The position numbers were made by a program, and so were the translations under genes. This document shows, one piece after another, positions 52,455 through 60,000 of a stretch of 60,000 nucleotides of DNA. Within the stretch, counting starts at the first letter, position 1. Each line of letters starts with the position of its first letter. Under the pieces are notes generated by a model that made no database searches, had not been told where the DNA came from, and saw only the letters and a list, made by a program, of their open reading frames with translations. This DNA is from Camelus ferus (lineage: Eukaryota). Location of the stretch: the NCBI RefSeq assembly GCF_009834535.1, contig NC_045696.1, positions 3,474,001-3,534,000 of the forward strand, given 5' to 3'.

Positions 52455-52496
52455 CACACACACACACCCACACTCACACACTCACACACACACACT
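52455..52496. repeat. (CA)n microsatellite
   Basis: cacacacacacacccacactcacacactcacacacacacac. Confidence 0.85.
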
Positions 52497-52995
52497 GTCC
52501 TCTCCCGAAGGCAAAAGGGCTGCTAGGAACTGGTGTGCAGGTCCTCATTAGTAGGGACTGTCGGCTGAATGGAGGACCTCAAAGGGGCTTAAGTTCTTGA
52601 AGGACCAGGGCGGTGGGAAGAGGGCTGAGGGGTGATCAGGTCCTGCCAAGAAAGGGAAGAGCACGGCAGACTGACACCTCAGCAGGGCACCCTCCCTGTT
52701 CTCACCATGATGTGTAGACCCAGCTTCACGACAGTCAGAAGCCAGTGGGACAGACACTTAACGTGACCCCACTTCAGCCATGCTCGAGAGAGAACAGGGG
52801 TCCACCCCGGCATCAGGCTGGGGCTCACTGAGCATCGGACGTGGCATTCACGAGGAGGTTGGCTGTCATCAAGCTTTCACACAGTCACACACTTCACGTC
52901 TCATTCCCTTCTCTCTCTTTTTTCCTACATCATACACTTTTCAAAGACCTTCCCCCTCTGCTAACACGCAACCAGGAACACTGTCCTCACGTGCA

Positions 52996-53306
52996 GTGGA
53001 TTAAATACTAGCCTGCAAAGATGTCAGGTCCCAATGCCTGGAACCTGTGATGTGACCTTAAATGGAAAAGGGGTCTTTGCAGGTGTCCTTATAGGAGAGA
53101 GGCCACGAGCCACCGCGGGCTGGGGGCCACCAGGGGTTCTCCCTGTATCCTCCAGAGGGGGTGTGGTCCTGCCAACACCTCGATTTCCACCCAGTGGTAC
53201 TGATTTTGAACTTCAGGCCTCCAGAACCATGAGAGAATGAATGGCTGCTGTTTTAAGTCACCGAGCTTACGGTAACTTATTACAGAAGCCACAGAGAATG
53301 AATCCA
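52996..53306 (+). mobile_element. Internally deleted MLT1D-like LTR
   Basis: cctggaacctgtgatgtgacctta...ggcctccagaaccatgagagaatgaa...tgttttaagtcacc...acagaagccacag. Confidence 0.75.
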
Positions 53307-54129
53307 CCAGCCTCTACCCTAACCTGCTGTTTAAGGGGACTACCACCCACCCTGCTTGGACCTCTCGATGCCAGTTCACAATGAAACGGAGAATCCCAGC
53401 TGGTTCCAGCTTCCCAGCTCGCAGCACGCAGGGGCTGATGTGTTTAAATCCAGAGAGACCCCCTCCCCCAGCTGATGAGAGGGGACGCTGGCTGGGTACG
53501 AGACACGCAGACAAGTCGAGTTATAGCATTTCTAACACCACAAACTCAGACACTGCTGTGACACAGTTACTGCGGGAAGACTGGCCGTCCAGGGCAGGTG
53601 GCCCAGGACACAATGCTAGCAACAGGCCCAAAGCTCGGGGAATACGTGGGTTAACAGGCACGGTCTCTGCACCAGGGGGCTCCACACGCCAGTGGGCAGG
53701 GGGCCTGCGAGCAGGCAGGGATACATGAAGAGTTGTTACAGCAGAGCCTCGGAAGCACAGAGGCAGGAGGCCTTGGGCGGAGGCCTGAAGGGGAAATCGG
53801 ATCTGCCGGCAGACGGAGTAGGGAAAGGGCACCTGGGCAGTGCCTGTGCCCATGGTGCGTGGCCGGAGCACCTGGTGTGGCGGGGAAGCCTGGAAGTTGT
53901 CTCCACCACTTTGTGGGCTCTGCCAGCACTGGGGCTGCGGATAACATCGGATTTGCACTTAGAGAAATAAATTGGACTAAAACTGGACTGGACTGGGACG
54001 GGAAGGCACAAATCCCAAGAAGGAACTTGGCTGAGTGGCTACAATTGTTGGTGAGAGGCCCTGGGGGCCAGGAAGAGCACCAGGAGGGCAGGTGAGGATG
54101 GAGCTGGTGTTCAGAGGTGGGGAGGTAGG

Positions 54130-55100
54130 ACTGAGTGATGGCTGAATGCAGATACAGAGGGAGAGAGAGTCTAAAGTCATCATCACGCTTCCAGCTTGAG
54201 TGACAGGGCAGCCCCACTAAGTAGGACGGGGCAGGGGCAGGGAAAGAAAAACAGGTTTAAGGGAAGGGAGAAGGCAGACAGGAAGCTCAGCTACACGCTT
54301 GCTGAGCTCAGAGCTGTAGGTTATCCAAAGGGTGATGTCTTCTAAGAAGCTAGCCGTATCAAGGACGTGAACTACGTCTAAATAAATACACACGCATGTG
54401 GTGCTAGATGTCCCACTGGGATGCATCTGCGGATGGATAACACTCAATCCACAGATGGGGAGAACCCAACCCAGAATGAGGCCAAGGAGTGGCAACTGGG
54501 GAAGGGGGTGGGGGAATCCTGGAGGAAGTCACGTGACCAGCAAGATAAAAGTATCGAGGGGAAGTCAGGTGTGCACGGCGTGGGGGGCATAAGAACTGAG
54601 GGGGAGAGCACATCACAGGAGGACACTCAGAGGCGCGAGACAGTGTGACTTGTTCTGAGAAGATGTGTGCCTGTGTGGGTGCTGGGGGACACGGGACAGA
54701 GGTGGGTTGTCACTCGCCTGGTCGGTTATGTTATGAAATTAGGATGTTACTTGAAAAACATCAGCAAGGGAGTGGCGTGATGCCTCTCACTTTTTAAAAA
54801 GATCACTTTGACCGCAATAGGAGGGTGGATGAAAAGGGGAAAACCTAGGGGCTGGGAGAGCAGTTAGGAAGTTTCTGGACCAGACCATGGTTACCTTATC
54901 AGAGGAACACTCAAGAGGCAGATGGCCTGGACTTGGTGAGAGGCCCTGGCTCAGGCAACTGGGCCAATGTCCCAGGGATGGACGGACCCGTGCTGGGGGA
55001 GTGGAACAGGAGCGCCAAGGTCAGAATGCCAGGAGACCCTCAGTGAGGACGGTTCGGGCAGAGGAGCTAACACAGGCGGCCAAGAACAGAGGTCAGGTAA
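54130..55100 (-). mobile_element. Degraded L2 fragments
   Basis: ttttaaaaagatcactttg...cagttaggaag...tggcctggact; purine-rich minus-strand L2 pattern. Confidence 0.5.
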
Positions 55101-55631
55101 GGGGTAGAAAATCCAGGGGAGTAAGACATCACTGAAACAAATAGGTTTGAAGAAGGAATTGATAGAGAGTCTCAGATCAAAGAGGCCAAGAGTAGACTGC
55201 AAGGTTCTGCTGGGTTTGGCAGTCAGGCCCCTTTTAGTGAAGTGGCCTGATCACATGGCTTAAAGAGGAGGCGCCAACTTGCATCTTCCTGAGGCCGCAG
55301 AAGGCACGCAGGTAGAGGGTATGCTTTTGGCACATGGTAGAGTACACTGAAAACAAGAAAGCCGACTTCTAGCTCTGCTCTGGCTACACAGATCCTATTG
55401 GTTTTCTCGCCTGTCACACGGGAACGACAAAATGTGCTCACCTGGCCTCATCACAGGTGCCCCTAAAACTCGAGGCCCTTTGAAAGACTTGCAAGCATTG
55501 TTCTTTTACGTACAAAGCTACTTCTTGCTCTACCACCATTCAGTTCAAAATACAAAGACATTTTTATAAGGTTTTAAATAGTTGCAAAAGAGAAATTTTA
55601 TGTGCAAGACTCTTCCTTTGAGATTAAGTAC

Positions 55632-55762
55632 TTGTGGGCGGGGGGGGGGAGTGGTAATTATGTTTATTTATTAATTTATTTTTAGAGGAGGTACTAGGGA
55701 TTGAGCCGAGGACCTCCCGCATGCTAAGCAAATATGCTACCTCTGGACTATATCTCCCCCTC
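55632..55762 (-). mobile_element. tRNA-Ala-derived SINE (Vic-1-like) with extended tail
   Basis: ggtaattatgtttatttatt...ggaggtactagggattgagccgaggacctc...catgctaagc; same tail structure as 20957-21079. Confidence 0.85.
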
Positions 55763-56836
55763 TAGGGCCTCTTAAAATGACTGAAACTAAAACAATTGAC
55801 AATAGAGCTGTTAATTTCAGAACAATTCTTTAATTTTTATCAACCTCAGGCAAGATTATTTCACACATATTCCCCAAACATTTCATAAATTATTTTACCT
55901 AGGGTAACATGCATAGGTTGTTTTAAAAATTAATTTGAAAATTAAGACATTTAAAAAATATTAAATAACATAGATTTAAAATCCAAAAACTTAAACATCT
56001 GTCCTGAAACGATCGCTTCAAAAGGCAAGCCCCTTCCCCTTGCAATCTGATCTGTTCCAGCTTTGGGGAACACAGCCAGATGTTCGGTTAGCTTGTCCAA
56101 CAGAACCTTTCTGTACAGTTAGTGTTTGCAGGTTGGCACTTCTACTAATTTCCTGGTTTTGTATGAAAGTGAATTGAGTTTTCTAACTGATGGACTTGTG
56201 ATGTTCATGCAAGAAAAGGGCAGTCTGTGAGATATGCAACGAGAACTGGTATTTGAGAAAATAAGTTGACTGCGCAGTGATCAACTCGATGCCCAGGACA
56301 GGTGAGGGGTTCTGTCCGTGAACACGCAGCTGGCAAGCAGATGCCACCCTTGGGTGACAAGCGGCTGCCCAACCTGCTCCAGCGGCAGGAACCTGGAGGC
56401 CTTGTTCAGCCAGGACACCCCCGAGGGCCCTGGCGACCCGACCGCCCAGGTGGGAGAAGTGTCGGCGCTCAAGGTCGCTCCCGGCGGGTCCGCGTCCCGC
56501 GCGCCCCCACGCCGCTGGGCCGCGTGGGTGCGGCGGCGAGCGGCCGGGAGGCACCTGGAGCCGAGCACCGCGGCGCTTCCGTCGGAGAACCGCCCTCCGA
56601 GGGGCGAGCGGAGGCGCCACGGCCACGCGCGGGGCCGGCGTGGGGAGGCACCACCCGCGCGCCCCGCCGGGCGCGTGTCTTCGCGGCGCTCTCCCCGCCG
56701 CCTCCTCTCTGGGCGGTCCGCGGGCGGCGGCGGGGGGAGGAAACGGGCGGAAGGCGCGCGGCACGACGCGGCGGCGGTGGCCCGGCTCCCGTCAGGCCCG
56801 CCCTCGCCCGGCCCTCCGCGCCGCGCACCTCCCTCG

Positions 56837-56941
56837 CCCCGCCCCCCGGCGCCTGGCGGCCAATCGCAGAGCCGCGCACGTGACGAGCGCTGCCTGCGAT
56901 GACCTCATCCCTGGTGTGGGATGACGTCAAATTCAAGATGG
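56837..56941 (+). promoter_or_regulatory. TATA-less core/proximal promoter motif cluster
   Basis: GC box CCCCGCCCC 56837-56845, CCAAT 56860-56864, E-box CACGTG 56877-56882, CRE-like ATGACCTCAT 56899-56908, full CRE TGACGTCA 56922-56929, YY1-like CAAGATGG 56934-56941. Confidence 0.8.
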
Positions 56942-57031
56942 ATGGAATCACAGCGGCAGCGGCGGCTGCGGCGCGCGCGAGCCGAGTGTGAGCGGAAAGG
57001 GGCCCGGTGCCTGCCTCGGGGCTGAAGACCG
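56930..57031 (+). other. ZBTB21: Non-coding first exon, probably of ZBTB21 (ZNF295); TSS approximate, CDS beyond the window
   Basis: Consensus donor CCG|GTGAGT at 57031/57032 seen directly. Sequence gaatcacagcggcagcggcggctgcggcgcgcgcgagccgagtgtgagcggaaaggggcccgg...ctgaagaccg recalled as the human ZBTB21 5' UTR (memory, not a search). Confidence 0.6.
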
Positions 57032-59079
57032 GTGAGTAACTGTCACGCCCCTCGCCCCAGGAGAACTGCGGGGCTCCGTGGGAGGCCACAGCCTCCCCGC
57101 AAAACGCGGCCTTTCCTGACGTAACTCTGAGGTGATTTCTCTCCTCCTTTTTCTCTCCGCCAGCGGGTTGCGAGCTCCGAGCGCTTCTGCGCGTGCGCCG
57201 GGCCCGGCTCTCACCGAGCATGCCCCGGGCTCCCACGTAGCCGATCGTGCCTTCACACTGCGCATGCTCGTTGCCCGCACTTGGCCTCTCCCTCGCCACT
57301 GCGCACGCTCCGTCCCTCACTGGGCTTCCCTCGCCGGGCCAGGTGCCCCTGCGCGGATCTGTTGGGGCGCCTTCCGGCCGCGGGCGCGTGCTCCGTCCCG
57401 GCCCGCATGGAGATGTCCGCCGTTGCGCGGCAGTGTGCGCGGAAGCTGGGGGGGCGGTGGGACCCCGCACCTGCCGCGGCCTGCGCCACCGTCCCACCGC
57501 CCCTCGGGCCCCGCCTGGCGGCCGCCGGCACAACCAACCAGTAACCAGAGTGGACTGCTTGCCCCGGGCCGGCCCTCCGCAGACCCCCGGGCGGGCCTTC
57601 CGCAGACCCCCGAGCGGACCCGCTTCCCCGACTCTCCGCCGCCCGCCGCAGGGCACAGTCTCTCTGCTGGCCCGCAAGCGCCTCTGCTGGAATGCGGAGG
57701 GCTCCCCACTCGAGAAAGCCCCAGTCCAAAATCTGCAACCGGAGGCGGTGGGGTGGGGTGGGGTGGGGTGCTTCCCGACCAGCCGCGCTGGAGACCCCAG
57801 CCCAAAGACCTCGGCTGGCCGGAGTCCCCATGGTGGTTTTCTCTTATCACTCAGACCGCTTATCTGGAGCAGGTTCCCTAGACTACTACCAAAGAGCAAG
57901 CCTTTGACCGCAGGAGCGCCCCTCAGTCCTGGCCCTTAACCCGGTTGCTATGCACTTCAACCACCGGGCTGCGTGGTTCTGGAGGATGCCACTGTTGCAG
58001 CACGTTTGGGGGCGGGGTGATTTTAGAGACATTCTCCAGCGCGATTGCCTGGCAGTGGGAGGTGGGGGAAGACATTAACCAGACCCCGTTCCGTATAGCA
58101 GCCTGGGGGGGTCTTAGGGCAGGAGCTAACAGTCCCGCTCACTTCTAGCAAATGAGGACACCAACCTATTCAGCAGAGTCCAGTGATTGTTCATAACCAT
58201 GACCCTGAGTCATCCACAAGGAACTAGCGTTGTATTCTGGTTCCTTGTTTGGAAGAAAGTGGGTTAATCCATTTATTTATTTATTTATTGGAATTTTTAA
58301 ATATTTTTTTAAATGGAAGTATAGTCAGTTTACACTGTGTCAGTTTCTGGTGTACAGCACAATAAATACTTCAGTCGTATAGGAGCACGCATCCATTTTA
58401 GAAAGATTACCCATGGACAGTTATTTTTTTAAAACTTTTAATCTCTGATGCTTAGAGTAAATGTTTCATCCATCTTAATGACTAATAGTCATTACATTTA
58501 AATTTAAGTACTACACTACCCAAGTATTGATGTTAAAAAAAAAGTAGAAATTTGGGGCATTGGTTTACTTAAAAATAATTCATTTTTTTTACATTAAAAT
58601 GCTTACATTTAATGTTCTTCAAAAATAATCAAGCCAGAGCTAATACTCAACTAAAAAATAAGATCAATATCATATCCATGAGACAGATGATGCTTTGCTA
58701 AAAGTCAGTCTGCCCTTTACAGCAGGAGTATGGTGTGGCTTCCTCTGAAGTGAGCTCTGTTGCTGGGTTCTGGACCATCACTCAGTTATCCCACTAGACC
58801 CATCTTCCAATGACTGGACACCTTGATTCATGGAGGATGCTGTCATTTGGCCTTGCCTTGGCATTTTGCATAATTGACATCTTAACTCACCTTCTGCATC
58901 CTTTTTCATTTGTTACCTTAAATTAAGAAGTTTGAAGATCACAAATAGAAAGTTAAACTCAGGGAGTGCAATGATACGGGAATTCTCAGTTATAAAGAAG
59001 TTATCGTGGCTCTCAGAATGGACGTACATATATCATTGTAGGTGATTATCATCATGAACACCTGACATTAACTAAATCT

Positions 59080-59960
59080 CTAATTCATTCTTTTAGCACT
59101 GTTGAATGTATAGTGTGCTATCTGAAAGTTGGAAAGGATATAACCCCTGCTCTTGAGGAACTTTATGCCCTGTTTGTGGCAGGACATATTAGGCGTGTAA
59201 CAAAAGAGGGGCTAATTTATTGAGAGAGTCTCTGGATGAGGGGGAGATGACTGGAGGAACAATTTTAGTTGGCCCCAAAGCCAATGGGTTTGAGACCAAA
59301 CTCTAGAGCTGTGTACGAGCAAGGCTTGACAGGTGTGGTCACTGGCTAGAAGGAAGAGAAGAGGTTTCTAGTTTGGGAGGCCTGGTGGTTGGCAGCACAC
59401 CAGCTAAGTAGGGAATATGTGAGGACAGGCAGGTGTGCGGGCAGAGGTAGGGATGGGGCATATGTACTGTCCTGGACAGGTAGGGTAGCCTGTAATGGAA
59501 GAGTCCCGAGGAGAAGTCTGAGCAGACAAACAGATTTGGGAGTCGTCGATCAGTAGGATTTAAAGCCACAAGCACTCTTACAAAAAGAAAGCTGCCACCT
59601 GGTGAGTTCTGGGATGGATGCTGGAGCCGTACAGGTGAGCCAGCCCCGGCCTCGGCCTCAGTAATGAGCTCTCTCTTTGCCCAGTAGACACCTGCCCGGC
59701 TTACGGTGACATTTCAGCTGGATCTTTCTGTAGAAGTTAGCCAAGTAGAAGAAAGGTGAGAAAGCTAGTTGGTGGAAATTGGGTGTGCAGGTCAGGAGTG
59801 TCCAGTATGGGTGAAGAGATAAGTTGCGATCAGAACACGAAGACCCTTGTATGCCGGTCTGTAGAGTTTGGGTTTTATCTCGGGAGTCATAGAAAAATCA
59901 ATGCAGTATTCTAAAGGGCACTGAGTGATGGGACCAACTTTACTTTAGGAAAACAAATAA
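59080..59960 (-). mobile_element. Degraded L2 fragments in intron 1
   Basis: ttcattc...cctgctcttgaggaactt...agatttgggagtc...tttaaagcca...gagtttgggttttatct. Confidence 0.55.
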
Positions 59961-60000
59961 AAGGCACAACTTCCACTCCTGCATTTAACTAGAGTGTCAG

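Larger units (their letters stand above)
56430..57800. promoter_or_regulatory. CpG island spanning a plus-strand promoter, exon 1 and the start of intron 1
   Basis: About 1.4 kb of very high GC and CpG flanked by AT-rich DNA. Confidence 0.92.

Noticed and set aside
56860..56882. ER-stress element (ERSE)
   Set aside because: ERSE needs CCAAT-N9-CCACG; here the spacing to CACG is 12 bp and the preceding base is G.
56469..57899. 476-aa minus-strand ORF and neighbouring long ORFs
   Set aside because: Arg/Gly/Pro/Ala-rich translations typical of stop-poor CpG islands, open in several frames at once.

Overview
Mammalian, GC-rich, essentially non-coding genomic DNA, most likely a camelid: four copies of a tRNA-Ala(AGC)-derived SINE resemble the camelid Vic-1 family. 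No credible protein-coding exon is visible; the ORF track is explained by GC-rich chance ORFs, microsatellites and L1 ORF2 remnants. About 55 kb is intergenic and rich in MaLR (MLT1), ERVL (MLT2) and ERV1 solo LTRs, L1/L2/MIR fragments and hAT (MER5/MER20) relics, several nested with readable target-site duplications. At about 56.4-57.8 kb is a CpG-island promoter (GC box, CCAAT, E-box, two CREs) and a first non-coding exon ending in a consensus donor (CCG|GTGAGT, 57031/57032). From memory this matches the 5' UTR of ZBTB21 (ZNF295), so the window would be the UMODL1-ZBTB21 interval, with UMODL1 just off the left edge on the minus strand. This assignment is recalled, not searched. I found no new multi-gene system and no CRISPR array. 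The best leads are regulatory or mutational: tandem CREs in the putative ZBTB21 promoter, an olfactory-type motif cluster at the left edge, a 23-bp minisatellite, a templated 46-bp insertion, a 15-bp TGACCT array, orphan CpG clusters and a convergent CTCF pair. Repeat subfamily names and most repeat boundaries are approximate, from visual recognition.
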